From Patescibacteria group bacterium (GTDB taxonomy: Bacteria; Patescibacteriota; Minisyncoccia; UBA6257; 2-01-FULL-56-20), in assembly GCA_038077975.1 (NCBI GenBank), contig JBBUGM010000027.1:1-50951 (forward strand): a stretch of DNA of 50,951 nt. Reading direction: 5' to 3'. Below, piece after piece: positions 8,725 through 18,789 of the stretch. The notes beneath the pieces were generated by a model. It saw only the letters and a list, made by a program, of their open reading frames with translations, searched no databases and was not told the origin of the DNA. Numbering within the stretch: position 1 is the stretch's first letter; every line of letters begins with the position of its first letter. The position numbers and the translations under genes were made by a program.

Positions 8725-9620
8725 TCTACGATGAAGTCGTTGCCGCAATGCGACGCATCGAACGCGGCTTCCCCATCAAAACTCTTTCACGGAACAGACA
8801 GCTTGGCGAAAACCAAAGTTTGGCACAGGGCCGGGGCATCGACTTCTATCAATATCGGGAGTACGACCCCGGCACCGATTCTGTGGAACAGATCGCCTGG
8901 GGAGTCCAGGCCGGCTTCGGCGACGAGGTCTATGTTCGCGAAGCACGGCCGACGAGAGAATTCCCCCTGCTGATCTTGGCAGACACATCTTCGTCTCTAA
9001 GATTCGGCCCGGAACTTTTCCCCCCGAAACTCCGGCTTCTTCTAGAAGTCGCAGGAACGCTGGGACTCACGGCCGCGTACCAAAGAGACCGCGTCGGGCT
9101 TTTGGCTTTCGCGGATAAGGTCCTTATTGAAGAACGGCCACGCGGCGGAGAATCTAATGTTTATTATCTGATCCTCCAGCTCTGCAAATTTTTTGAAAAA
9201 TTTGCGGACGCGGAAAAACCGCGGAAAACCGACTTGTGGCAAGCTGTCGATTACGTCCGGAGAAATTTCCCCGAACCATGTTTGGTCGCGGTACTCTCCG
9301 ACTTCGTCGGTTGCGAAGCAATAGCCGACTCACCGCTTCTCCGCTCCCCACACGAATTCATCTTCTTTATCTTGGAAGACGAGGAAGAATTTTCTTCCTT
9401 GCCGCAATCGGGAATTCTGCACATGAGCGACATGGAAACGGGCAAAAGAACGGATATTTCTTTGGGCAAACTCCGAAAGCTTGAAGCCCATCTTAAAGAA
9501 AAACAGGATGATTTTCGCAAGCGGCTGCAAAAAAACGGCGTTGATTCGCTTGTCTTAAACTATGGCGGGCATTTTGAAGCGCTCGCCAAGTTTTCCGAAG
9601 AAAGGAGGTGGCAGGCATGA
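8721..9620 (+). CDS. DUF58-family (VWA-like) MoxR partner
   Basis: GRGIDFYQYREYDPG, DTSSSL, RDRVGLLAF, VLSDF; ATGA overlap with moxR. Confidence 0.88.
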   Translation: MIYDEVVAAMRRIERGFPIKTLSRNRQLGENQSLAQGRGIDFYQYREYDPGTDSVEQIAWGVQAGFGDEVYVREARPTREFPLLILADTSSSLRFGPELFPPKLRLLLEVAGTLGLTAAYQRDRVGLLAFADKVLIEERPRGGESNVYYLILQLCKFFEKFADAEKPRKTDLWQAVDYVRRNFPEPCLVAVLSDFVGCEAIADSPLLRSPHEFIFFILEDEEEFSSLPQSGILHMSDMETGKRTDISLGKLRKLEAHLKEKQDDFRKRLQKNGVDSLVLNYGGHFEALAKFSEERRWQA

Positions 9621-10633
9621 GACAGGCACTCGCGAAAACGGCTTTGATTTGCTTGATTTGCGCGCTTTTGGCGATCTTCGTCATTTCCGAAACGAGAACG
9701 TCTCCCTTGATCGTCGAAACGCAAAAACCGAGCACAACCGTTGTCAAAACAGGAGATCAATTCCAGCAAACCTACCGCGTGCGCTTTCTCGACCTTAGCC
9801 ACCGCGGAAAAGAGATCGAGATCCTCGCGGACGAAATGCAGCCCGATAAGCTCAATTTCGCTCCGTTCGAAGCGACCCGGCTTGAAATAACCAAAAACAA
9901 GAACGGCAAAGAATACGATTGGGATTTCACTTATACCCTCCGCGTCATCAACAAAGAAAAAGGCGAATACGCCATACCGAAAATAAAATTCCTCTGGGTC
10001 GTGAAGACCCTCGGCGGCAACGAAAAGGAAACGAAGGTCAGGGAATTCGAAACTGAAGGGGTGCGGATCAAGTACGTAAGCACGATCACGAAAGAACCGC
10101 ATCTCGATATCCGCGACGAAACCGACCTTGGAACTTTTTGGCCGTATGCCTACGCCTTCTGGGCGCTCTCTGTCCTCGTTGCGCTGCTCTTCTTGGGATA
10201 CCTTTGGCGCGAACTCCGCAAGAGTTCCGCCGAAAAAACTCCGGCAGAGCAAGCGCAAACAAGACGGCAGGCATATCGGAAGATCGAACGTCTGATCGCG
10301 GAGATCGAAACGCTCGGCAAGAATGAACCGACCGAAGATTCGATGGCGCTTTGCGTTCTCAAGTTCATGGAGCTTGAGAGAAAATTGCTTATGCTCGAAC
10401 TTCCCGAAGAATGCAATGCTTGGACGGCGCAGGAGATCCTCGGCCACGTGGACAAGCTCAAGAGCGGCAGGCGCAAAGCAACTTTGGCGCAACTCGCGGA
10501 AAGATACGCGTTTTACGAAAAAGCTGCCATATCCGGCAAAATCCCGCGGGTGGACGCGGGTGCGGACCTCAAGAACGCCAAAGCGATCTTCAGAAAACTA
10601 AAATTCTGGGGGTGGCTCAAATGGATCGCTTGA
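9617..10633 (+). CDS. Membrane protein, BatD-like position and architecture
   Basis: SD AGGAGG, ATGA overlap; N-terminal TM, beta-rich ectodomain (GEYAIPKIKF), second TM, helical tail. Confidence 0.7.
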   Translation: MRQALAKTALICLICALLAIFVISETRTSPLIVETQKPSTTVVKTGDQFQQTYRVRFLDLSHRGKEIEILADEMQPDKLNFAPFEATRLEITKNKNGKEYDWDFTYTLRVINKEKGEYAIPKIKFLWVVKTLGGNEKETKVREFETEGVRIKYVSTITKEPHLDIRDETDLGTFWPYAYAFWALSVLVALLFLGYLWRELRKSSAEKTPAEQAQTRRQAYRKIERLIAEIETLGKNEPTEDSMALCVLKFMELERKLLMLELPEECNAWTAQEILGHVDKLKSGRRKATLAQLAERYAFYEKAAISGKIPRVDAGADLKNAKAIFRKLKFWGWLKWIA

Positions 10634-11799
10634 TGGACGCCCTCATCCTGTTTCGAACGAAGATCGCCGAATTCGTCGGCACCGATTTCACTCAAGTTAA
10701 ATTTGAATCTCTGGCTTGGGCAGCGGGCATTGGGGCATCACTTGCCCTTCTCTTGCTGCTCAAGCTTCTTTTTTCCCGCAAAAGGACGAGGGCGCATTCC
10801 GGACATGTTATCCCGAAGAACTTTCGGCCGTCTTTATGGATAAAGGCGGTGCGAACGGCCCCGAAGATAATCCTCGCCGCGGGAACCGCGCTCCTTATCT
10901 TTGCCCTCGCCGATCCATATCTGCCACGCACAAAGAACGTGGAAGTGGTTGAATCGCGCGAACGAGTGGACCTTGTGGACGTCTCGGGCTCGATGGCGGA
11001 CGAATTCAGAGACACCGGGAAATCCGCAGGCGAGATCGCGAGGAACGCGCATCTAAAGTTCCTCATGCTCCGCCGGGGAAAAAAAGACAGGGTTTCGCTC
11101 TGGCTCTTCTCCGACAACCCTTATAAGGCCGAGGATTTCATCGTCGACGATGATACATATTTTTTCCAGGTCTTCGATGCGCCCTATTCATTTACCCCGC
11201 TGCCAGACTACTGTCTCAAAAATTCCGGCACGACATCCGTCGCGGAAGAAGATTTTTTCTCGGAGCTCGAAAGTTTCGGCACGACATATTCGAGATCAAC
11301 TATCGCTCCCTGCAATCGCATTCAACCGGTTCCGGACGAAGGTAGTACGGACCTCGCGAAAGCGCTCGCTGGAGTGATTCCTTATTTCGACCAAGAGTCG
11401 GACCCGCACATAAAACGAAAAACTCTTGTGATTTTCACCGATGCCGAAGTCGATGTTTACCCCGAGGCGGAACTTAAGCAGCTTAAGGAACGGAAGATCG
11501 TCCCCTACATCGTCTTCGTCGACCAAAGCGATGGCGAGGGTGGTGTGTCGTCCCGTGCCCAGCAACTGATCAGCACCATATCTTCGTTCGGTGGAAAGTA
11601 TTACCGCGCCACCGACGAAAAAGAGCTGGAAGAAGCGGTTCGGGACATCGACAAAACGGAAAAAGCGAGGATCGAGGTGGAAAAATATGCCTCGAAACTC
11701 TATATTTTCCAGCGGTTTTTGGCGATGGGACTGCTCTTGCTTCTCCTCGGCACGCTCGTTGGACTCACCGTTGAACTGCGTTGGACCGAATATCCATAA
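10621..11799 (+). CDS. VWA-domain membrane protein, BatA-like
   Basis: MIDAS DVSGS...GSTD...FTDAE; N-terminal TMs (ALADPY) and a C-terminal TM; start 10621 or 10633 (TGATG overlap). Confidence 0.85.
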   Translation: MDRLMDALILFRTKIAEFVGTDFTQVKFESLAWAAGIGASLALLLLLKLLFSRKRTRAHSGHVIPKNFRPSLWIKAVRTAPKIILAAGTALLIFALADPYLPRTKNVEVVESRERVDLVDVSGSMADEFRDTGKSAGEIARNAHLKFLMLRRGKKDRVSLWLFSDNPYKAEDFIVDDDTYFFQVFDAPYSFTPLPDYCLKNSGTTSVAEEDFFSELESFGTTYSRSTIAPCNRIQPVPDEGSTDLAKALAGVIPYFDQESDPHIKRKTLVIFTDAEVDVYPEAELKQLKERKIVPYIVFVDQSDGEGGVSSRAQQLISTISSFGGKYYRATDEKELEEAVRDIDKTEKARIEVEKYASKLYIFQRFLAMGLLLLLLGTLVGLTVELRWTEYP

Positions 11800-11804
11800 A
11801 AAAT

Positions 11805-11830
11805 ATCCCCGCTATTGAAGCGGGGATTTC
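11805..11830 (+). terminator. Terminator inside the MoxR/VWA cluster
   Basis: atccccgct/agcggggat followed by ttc. Confidence 0.6.
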
Positions 11831-11996
11831 ATTTTAGCTTGGTGAATAATGCGTTTTCCTTTGTCATTCTGCCGTGCATCGCCAAATGCTATGCCGGCGG
11901 CGCGAGGGCTTGAGCCCGAAGAATCTCGATGAATTTCCCGGCAATCTGAGATTCCTCGCAAAGCTCGGAATGACCATTTTTCACCAAGCTTTATAT

Positions 11997-12025
11997 TTGC
12001 CGCCCTGCAAAATAGGATTTAAACT
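11997..12025 (+). promoter_or_regulatory. Promoter for the batC-like/batB-like pair
   Basis: TTGCCG-17-TAAACT. Confidence 0.5.
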
Positions 12026-12059
12026 GAAATCAGTATTTTTGAATTCAGGGGTGTTTAAA

Positions 12060-12749
12060 ATGCAAAATCATGCGCGCGAGAATCCGAAAAGCAGATCAAG
12101 AAGGATACTGACTACTGTGCTCCTTGGGGCCATCGCGCTTTTCTGCTCTTACTGGTTCTACGAACTCGGGAATTTCTATTCCCGCCTCGATGATTTCAGC
12201 TCCGCAGTCAAGAGCAAAGACACGATTTCCGCGCGTGTAGCGCGAGAACATCTTTTGGAATTTTACGAGGTGGTCGGCTATCTCAAGATGCGCTGGCTCT
12301 TCGATCTCTTGGGCAACGACCGCCGTTACGCCGCAAGCTATCTCTATCTTGTCGGCGACTATGAAGGCGTCGGGCGCGAACTTGAAGGGGCGAACGATTA
12401 CATCGCATTCCATCTTCTCGGCAACGCGAAATTCCGTTTCGCAAAGGCGCTCTATCTTTCCGGACATAAAAAGGAAGGATTGGACTTTGCGATGCGGGAG
12501 GCGGCGCCAGAATACGAAAGAGCGGTTCGTGTCGGCCCGGATTCCAACTTCAACGACAAGTGGAACTACGACCTTTTGACCGATGAAGAATCGGCCAAAA
12601 AGGCGCTTGAGAACCAATCGCCTTCGCCGAAGTTCAAACTTGGCGAAGACGAACCAGGCGGACCTGATCCCGGAAAACTTCCCGAAAACGGCTCGAGCTT
12701 CGGCAACAAAAAACCGGGCAACTCTACCAACAAAAAAGGCAAGGGGTAA
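12060..12749 (+). CDS. TM-anchored TPR-like protein, BatC-like
   Basis: FHLLGNAKF, YERAVR, DKWNYDLL then a low-complexity tail; ATG 12060 with AGGGGT upstream. Confidence 0.72.
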   Translation: MQNHARENPKSRSRRILTTVLLGAIALFCSYWFYELGNFYSRLDDFSSAVKSKDTISARVAREHLLEFYEVVGYLKMRWLFDLLGNDRRYAASYLYLVGDYEGVGRELEGANDYIAFHLLGNAKFRFAKALYLSGHKKEGLDFAMREAAPEYERAVRVGPDSNFNDKWNYDLLTDEESAKKALENQSPSPKFKLGEDEPGGPDPGKLPENGSSFGNKKPGNSTNKKGKG

Positions 12750-12752
12750 AAC

Positions 12753-13826
12753 ATGGACGCGATCCGAGAATTTATCGCGAACATCAAATTTCTCGAATAC
12801 ACTTACCTCTGGCTCCTTTGTCTTGTAGCGATACTCTCTTTGCTTTGGACCGCGGTCGCAATTCGAAAACGGCTCAAAACCCCCCTGCGGACGCATTTGT
12901 CGCGCTATCCCATTTTCCCGAGGATAAAATTTTGGCTCGCGGCTACGCTTGTAGCACTGCTTACGATCGTGGCGCTTGGAAGGCCATTTCGGGAAGGCGG
13001 AGAAAACAAGCTCAAAGCCGGCGGCGTGGACGTTATCTCCATCATCGACCGGTCGCTTTCCATGGGCGCTGAAGATATCAACCCATCGCGGCTTGAAGCG
13101 GCCAAAAAAGAAAATTTGGAGCTTGCCGAGAAAATCCTCCGACCCGGAGACCGCGTGAGCGTCTTTGCGTTCGGCAAAGATTCTTTCCGTAAGCTTTATC
13201 TTTCGAATGACGTGAACAGATTCACGAGCGAAGTCGCAAGAATTCGTTTGCCCAAACGCTTGAAGGGCGAAGAAACCGTCTGGGATACGAATCTCGCGCT
13301 CACGCTTGAGCACGTCTACCAATCGCTCGACATTCAGGACTCGTTCGATGCTCTCGCCCACGGCGCCAAAGGAAGGCACGGCAGGATAGTTTTCATCTTC
13401 ACGGACGGCGATGACAGAATTAATACTCGCAAACAACTGGGTGCCGTGGCCAGTGAATTCCGCAGGCGCAACATCAAGGTTTTCGCTATCGGCGTTGGTA
13501 CTCGGCGCGGATATCCGCTTTTGTCCATCCTTAGCCGCTACAAAAAGGGGGAGGATTACGACGAAGAAGTCGAAAAAGAATGGCGCGGCGAACGCACTCG
13601 GCTTGAAACGAAATCCCTCGAATACGTAGCGCGGGCAACCGGCGGACAGTTATTCACCATCGAAGACGAAGGCGGGAGTGCCAAGGCGTTCATCGAAAAA
13701 GCAATAAACTCCCAAAGAAGTTTTTCCGTCGTTGAGGAAAACAAGACGGAAATACATACCGAATATTGGCGGTATGCCGTGATTGCGGCACTCATCTTGC
13801 TCGCACTGGCGATAATTTTCTATTAA
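12753..13826 (+). CDS. VWA-domain membrane protein, BatB-like
   Basis: DRSLSMGAEDINPSRLEAAK, DTNL, FTDGDD, IGVGT; N- and C-terminal TMs. Confidence 0.88.
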   Translation: MDAIREFIANIKFLEYTYLWLLCLVAILSLLWTAVAIRKRLKTPLRTHLSRYPIFPRIKFWLAATLVALLTIVALGRPFREGGENKLKAGGVDVISIIDRSLSMGAEDINPSRLEAAKKENLELAEKILRPGDRVSVFAFGKDSFRKLYLSNDVNRFTSEVARIRLPKRLKGEETVWDTNLALTLEHVYQSLDIQDSFDALAHGAKGRHGRIVFIFTDGDDRINTRKQLGAVASEFRRRNIKVFAIGVGTRRGYPLLSILSRYKKGEDYDEEVEKEWRGERTRLETKSLEYVARATGGQLFTIEDEGGSAKAFIEKAINSQRSFSVVEENKTEIHTEYWRYAVIAALILLALAIIFY

Positions 13827-13860
13827 AAAGGCACACTCTGACGAGTGTGCCGTTTTTCTT
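13827..13860. terminator. Bidirectional terminator between the VWA gene and hppA
   Basis: aaaaGGCACACT-ctgacg-AGTGTGCCgttttt. Confidence 0.7.
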
Positions 13861-13876
13861 CTGTGACAATCGCAAG

Positions 13877-15913
13877 CTACACAAACAACGCGACAAGCGC
13901 CAAGCTCAAGGTCGCCAAAAGCTTGATCAAGATGTGGATCGAGGGACCGGCCGTGTCCTTGAACGGGTCTCCGACAGTGTCGCCCGTAACCGATGCCTTG
14001 TGCGCTTCGGATTTTTTGCCGCCGAGATTGCCTTCCTCAATAAATTTCTTGGCGTTGTCCCAGGCGCCGCCGCTGTTGTTCAAAAACGTGGCCATAAGAA
14101 TTCCGGAGATCGTGCCCACGATCATCAAGCCCGCCACGGCTTCTGCTCGCAAGACGAGGCCGACAAAGATAGGAACGGCGACCGCGAGAACTCCGGGAAG
14201 AACCATTTGCCGCAAGGCGCCTCTCGTCGTGATGTCCACCGCCTTCGAGTAGTCGGGTTTTTCTGTTCCCGCCATAATGCCGGGGTGTTCTTTAAACTGC
14301 CTGCGCACCTCGTTGATGATAAAATAGGCCGCCTTGCTCACTGCGCGGATGGCAAGCGAAGAGAAAACGAAAACCAGCGCGCCGCCGATGAGCGCTCCGA
14401 CGAACACTTCTACCTTCCCTAGGTCAATGCTTTCGAGGTGCGCCTCTTCCATATAAGCGGCGACTAAGAGGAATGCCGCGAGCGCCGCCGAGCCAATGGC
14501 ATAACCCTTGGTCAGCGCCTTCGTCGTGTTGCCGGCGGAATCGAGTTTGTCCATCACCGTTCGCATTTGGCCGCTCTCGCCGGCCATCTCCGCGACTCCG
14601 GCGCCGTTGTCCACGATCGGGCCGAACGTATCCATCGCCAAAATATAAGCCGCGGTGGCGAGCATGCCCATCGTCGCGACAGCCGTGCCATAAAGGCCGC
14701 CGCCCTCAACTCCGCTTAGCACTCCGAGCTTATAAGACGCGAGAAGCGCGATGGAGATCACAATCACGGTCGGACCGGTCGATTCGAGTCCGACGGAAAA
14801 ACCGGTAATGATGTTGGTCGCGTGTCCGGTCTGCGACGCTTCCGCGATCTCTTTAACGGGCCTGAACTTAGATTCGGTGTAATACTGCGTGAGATAAACG
14901 AAAATAATGCTCGTCACGATACCGACAATTCCCGCCCAGAAAAACCACATATTGCCGAGCATCTGCTGCGTCACGAAATAAAACGCGACCGCGGCAAGCG
15001 CGCTCGTAACGAAATATCCTTTGTTCATCGCTTTCATCGGCGAGTCGGTCTCTTTCGCTCGCGCGAAAAATATTCCCACGATCGAGGCCAAAAGCCCGAA
15101 AGCCCGGAGCACGAGGGGGTAAAGGATCACCGAAGCGCCGAAGGTCGGGTACAACGCCACGCCCAAGATCATCGCGCCGATATTTTCCGCCGCGGTTGAT
15201 TCGAAGAGGTCGGCGCCACGGCCCGCGCAGTCGCCAACGTTGTCGCCGACAAGGTCGGCAACTACGGCCGGGTTCCTCGGATCGTCCTCCGGAATTCCCG
15301 CTTCAATTTTTCCGACCAGATCCGCGCCGACATCCGCCGCTTTCGTGTAAATTCCTCCGCCAAGCTGCGCGAAAAGGGCGATCAGCGAAGCGCCAAAAGC
15401 ATACGCGACGATAAGGGCCGGGATCTGCACATCGGCGTACCCAAGCCATTTGAATATCCCGAAAAGACCGGCAACGCCCAGTAAGCTTAGGGAAACTATC
15501 ATAAAGCCGGAAACTGCGCCGCCGCGGAGAGCAATGGTCAGCGCTTCGTTAAAACTTTTTTTCGCCGCGGAGGCGGAACGCAAATTACTGCGAACCGCGA
15601 TCGACATGCCGATTATTCCCGATACCGCCGAAGAAAAAGCTCCGAAAATAAAAGCAAGAGAAGTTTGCCAGCCGGTAGCCGATTGGCCAAGCAACTGATA
15701 AGTGAGCCAAAGGCCGGCGGCGATAAGAATGCCGATGATAGCGATGGTTTTATATTGGCGTTTCAAAAATGCCGACGCTCCCTCGCGGATCGCTCCGGCT
15801 ATTTCCTGCATCTTCGGGGTCCCCTGGTCCTTTTTCAAAAGCCAGAAAACAAGATAAACCGCAAAGCCGATGGCGATAAGCGGAATTAACAGCGGAATTA
15901 ATAATACATTCAT
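13877..15913 (-). CDS. hppA: Membrane-bound ion-translocating pyrophosphatase, K+-independent type
   Basis: GGIYTKAADVGADLVGKIEAGIPEDDPRNP, DNVGDNVGDC-like motif, GNTTKA, DTVGDPFKDTAGPS. Confidence 0.95.
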   Translation of the reverse strand: MNVLLIPLLIPLIAIGFAVYLVFWLLKKDQGTPKMQEIAGAIREGASAFLKRQYKTIAIIGILIAAGLWLTYQLLGQSATGWQTSLAFIFGAFSSAVSGIIGMSIAVRSNLRSASAAKKSFNEALTIALRGGAVSGFMIVSLSLLGVAGLFGIFKWLGYADVQIPALIVAYAFGASLIALFAQLGGGIYTKAADVGADLVGKIEAGIPEDDPRNPAVVADLVGDNVGDCAGRGADLFESTAAENIGAMILGVALYPTFGASVILYPLVLRAFGLLASIVGIFFARAKETDSPMKAMNKGYFVTSALAAVAFYFVTQQMLGNMWFFWAGIVGIVTSIIFVYLTQYYTESKFRPVKEIAEASQTGHATNIITGFSVGLESTGPTVIVISIALLASYKLGVLSGVEGGGLYGTAVATMGMLATAAYILAMDTFGPIVDNGAGVAEMAGESGQMRTVMDKLDSAGNTTKALTKGYAIGSAALAAFLLVAAYMEEAHLESIDLGKVEVFVGALIGGALVFVFSSLAIRAVSKAAYFIINEVRRQFKEHPGIMAGTEKPDYSKAVDITTRGALRQMVLPGVLAVAVPIFVGLVLRAEAVAGLMIVGTISGILMATFLNNSGGAWDNAKKFIEEGNLGGKKSEAHKASVTGDTVGDPFKDTAGPSIHILIKLLATLSLALVALFV

Positions 15914-16006
15914 AATGTTATTTTATTTTTTTGACGTTTTTGATTTCCAAATAGTTTAGCAAATGACGTTTGGATCGACAAGTCGCCCTTTGGGCGCGAG
16001 CGTGCG

Positions 16007-16531
16007 TCAAAACCCCATCGGCCTTTTCGGTTTTTCCTTCTCGACAAGAAGCTGTTTGATGGCGTCGAAGACGGCGCGGAACCGCTGATCATATTTTTTC
16101 TCCATTGCTTCAACCTTACGTTGTAGATCCTTATGAGCCAACAACATCTCGCGCAACTTTGTAAACGTTCGGATAATTTGTATGTTAACTTGAATCGCTC
16201 GTTCGCTGTTTAACACGCTCGAGAGCATTGCTACGCCCTGTTCTGTAAATGCATATGGCAAGTAGCGACGACCACCACGCCCATTGTTTGAGGTCACAAA
16301 TTGTGACCTCAAAGTTTCCATTTCTTTTTTCGTCAGCCGAAACATAAAGTCACCCGGAAAACGCCTGCTATTTCTTGCCACGGACTGGTTAAGCACCTTA
16401 GTTTCTACGCCGTACAATTCGGCGAGATCCCGGTCTACCATCACTTTTCTGCCTCTAATCAGAAAGATTTTACTAACTACGCGCTCGCTAGGCACCATAA
16501 CAAGTTCCTTACGCTTGTTGGAGATAGACAT
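16007..16531 (-). CDS. ORF6N-domain DNA-binding protein
   Basis: [54 protein letters not shown]. Confidence 0.9.
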   Translation of the reverse strand: MSISNKRKELVMVPSERVVSKIFLIRGRKVMVDRDLAELYGVETKVLNQSVARNSRRFPGDFMFRLTKKEMETLRSQFVTSNNGRGGRRYLPYAFTEQGVAMLSSVLNSERAIQVNIQIIRTFTKLREMLLAHKDLQRKVEAMEKKYDQRFRAVFDAIKQLLVEKEKPKRPMGF

Positions 16532-16542
16532 AGATTTTTTAC

Positions 16543-17823
16543 CTACACCGACAAATCCTCTTTTTCCTCCGTTGGAAGTTCAACCGCTTCTCCGCCGGGC
16601 GGAGTTCCCGCAACTCCTCCTTCCTGCACTTCTTCCGGACGTGTCTGCGAGCGCACGTCTATTTTCCAACCGGTGAGACGCGCGGCCAGGCGCACATTCT
16701 GCCCGCCCCTGCCGATCGCCAGGCTTAATTGGTCCTCCGGCACGTAAACGCGGGCTTCGCGGCGTGGCAAGATCTCTACCGCCTGCACTTTTGCCGGCGA
16801 AAGCGAATTGCCGATGAATTTTTCCGGGTCCTCGGACCACTCGGCAATGTCTATTTTCTCATTACCGAGTTCGTTATTCACCGCCATGACGCGCGTCCCG
16901 CGCTGGCCGACGAGTGCTCCAACCGGATCAACTCCATCTTCCTTCGAAGAAACGGCCAGTTTTGTTCGGTTTCCGGGCTCTCTCGCGATGGCCTTAATTT
17001 CCACAATGCCTTCGGCAAGTTCGGGAACTTCCATCTTGAAAAGCTCGGCAACGAAGCGCGGATGCGAGCGCGAAAGCACGATACTCGGCAATCGCGTATC
17101 CTCCTGCACGGCCAAAACGAAAAATCGCAAGCGCTCCCCGGCGCGGTAGTGCTCGCCTGGAATTGATTCGTTCGCGAACATCACGCCAATCGTGCGTCCG
17201 AGATCGATATAAACATGCCCGCGCTCAAAACGCTGAACAACGCCGCTTACGATCGTTCCCTCCTTGTCGCGCCATTCGCCCAAAATCGAATCGCGTTCCG
17301 ATTCGCGCAATTTCTGCAAAATAACCTGTTTTGCAGTTTGTGCCGCAATGCGGCCGAAGTCCTCGCGCGTTTCAAGATCGAAAATAATTTCTTCATCGAG
17401 TTTCGCGCCTTTCTGTATTTTTTTCGCTTCTTCTAAAAGAATATGGCGATCGGGATTGTAACGCGGCAATTTTGGTTCATCGGAATCTTCCAGCTCGCCC
17501 TGAGCGTGTCGAATGGGCTCGGGCTCTTCTTTTTTTATCTTCCCCTCTTTTTTTGCGGCTTCCTCTGCGGCAATCTCTTCTTCGGTTTTTTCTTCAACAA
17601 AACGGACTGTGGTTTCATCAACTACGGTTTTTACCTGCCAGAACTTTAGGGCGCCGGTCTTAAGATCGAATTTGCATTTCACGATCGCGCCGCGTTCGGA
17701 GTATTCACGCTTGTAGGCGGCGGCGATCGCGGTCTCGATCGCATCCAAAACCGCCTCGGGAGTTAGGCCCTTTTCCTCGGCAACCTGTTTGAGGGCTTTG
17801 CCTATGTCTTTAATATTGAGCAT
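16543..17823 (-). CDS. nusA: Transcription factor NusA with an acidic NTD insertion
   Basis: [20 protein letters not shown]1 and two KH domains ([35 protein letters not shown]). Confidence 0.97.
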   Translation of the reverse strand: MLNIKDIGKALKQVAEEKGLTPEAVLDAIETAIAAAYKREYSERGAIVKCKFDLKTGALKFWQVKTVVDETTVRFVEEKTEEEIAAEEAAKKEGKIKKEEPEPIRHAQGELEDSDEPKLPRYNPDRHILLEEAKKIQKGAKLDEEIIFDLETREDFGRIAAQTAKQVILQKLRESERDSILGEWRDKEGTIVSGVVQRFERGHVYIDLGRTIGVMFANESIPGEHYRAGERLRFFVLAVQEDTRLPSIVLSRSHPRFVAELFKMEVPELAEGIVEIKAIAREPGNRTKLAVSSKEDGVDPVGALVGQRGTRVMAVNNELGNEKIDIAEWSEDPEKFIGNSLSPAKVQAVEILPRREARVYVPEDQLSLAIGRGGQNVRLAARLTGWKIDVRSQTRPEEVQEGGVAGTPPGGEAVELPTEEKEDLSV

Positions 17824-17829
17824 AAAAGT

Positions 17830-17930
17830 GTAATGCTAATCTGCGAATTCATGCGAATGCTGCTAATAGTTCTAATGAAAATGAGTGTTATTCGTTGCAT
17901 TCGTCGCGCATTAGTAATTAGTATTATGTT
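17830..17930. repeat. Imperfect palindromic element, CGAAT/ATTCG family, in the nusA leader
   Basis: atgctaatctgcgaat (17833-17848) is identical to 37750-37765. Confidence 0.7.
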
Positions 17931-17975
17931 TATAATTCGAAAACCCGCTTCATAAGCGGGCTTCTTTACTTTTCC

Positions 17976-18004
17976 AGCATAACATGTGGCGCTCTAGGGG
18001 TCAA
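17976..18004 (-). promoter_or_regulatory. nusA promoter
   Basis: TTGACC-17-(TGt)TATGCT. Confidence 0.6.
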
Positions 18005-18162
18005 GGATATTCGGCGGGGCTACGGTGACTGGCCACAATACGCTGATAAAGCACGGGGTCTACTTTCTTGGTTTCTTCGGCCCAAAACGAGTCAGCGAGT
18101 ATCAAGGGCGATGAGAAAACATTGAATCGCTTCGTTTTATATAGAAACTAAGTTGAGAGATT

Positions 18163-18789
18163 TTAATCTTCTGGCACTCCCGCGCGTTTTCGCAGTGCCT
18201 CAAAATATTCCGCGCGCTCATTTTCAAGACTCGGATGATCTGGCGCATACTCTTCCCGAAATTCCTCGGCGCGATCACAAATGGCCGTCGGTCCTTCCTG
18301 TTGCGGAAGCGCAGCGGCAATCGCATCCCACTTCTCCTTCATACTAGTCATATCGGTATCTTTTGGATAAAAACGTATTTGCCTAATCAGTTTATTCATC
18401 GGCAATCCTAATCCCGCCCCATCGAGAACTTCAGCGCCAAGTGCTCCAATTTTCCTTTTCGTCTCGTCGTCAATAAAAAAGTATCCGTCTACTGCTTGAA
18501 TTTCATTGTGGTCGCCGTAGAATCCAGACGATTGTGTCGCGTACCCCTTTCGATACATCTCGGCAACCGCATCGCGCATTTGCGGCTCGATCCATTCGTT
18601 AAATGCCGCCGAATGTAATTCTTCTTCTGTCGGCTTTGGATTTTCTTTCAGCCGTTTTTGTAGTTCTTCCGCCATTTCAGCGTGAATAACATCCCGCAAT
18701 TCTGCCATCTTCTCCCAAAATTCCAAAGAACCCACGTCGGCTTCCTCTTTGTCGGGTAGCGCTGATTCAAAAGGATTCTCGATGCTCAT
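18163..18789 (-). CDS. Acidic hypothetical protein (208 aa)
   Basis: Clean ORF with a 4-nt overlap with the upstream gene; contains IEPQMRDAVAEMYRKGYATQSSG. Confidence 0.78.
   Translation of the reverse strand: MSIENPFESALPDKEEADVGSLEFWEKMAELRDVIHAEMAEELQKRLKENPKPTEEELHSAAFNEWIEPQMRDAVAEMYRKGYATQSSGFYGDHNEIQAVDGYFFIDDETKRKIGALGAEVLDGAGLGLPMNKLIRQIRFYPKDTDMTSMKEKWDAIAAALPQQEGPTAICDRAEEFREEYAPDHPSLENERAEYFEALRKRAGVPED

Noticed and set aside
7909-13436. Long minus-strand ORFs (7909-8631, 9560-10492, 12096-13436)
   Set aside because: They are antisense shadows of well-supported plus-strand genes and have no recognisable motifs or initiation signals.
18012-18150. Short protein-like open frame upstream of nusA (ILADSFWAEETKKVDPVLYQRIVASH)
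   Set aside because: It is under 50 codons with no convincing start or family match; it could be a remnant but cannot be supported.
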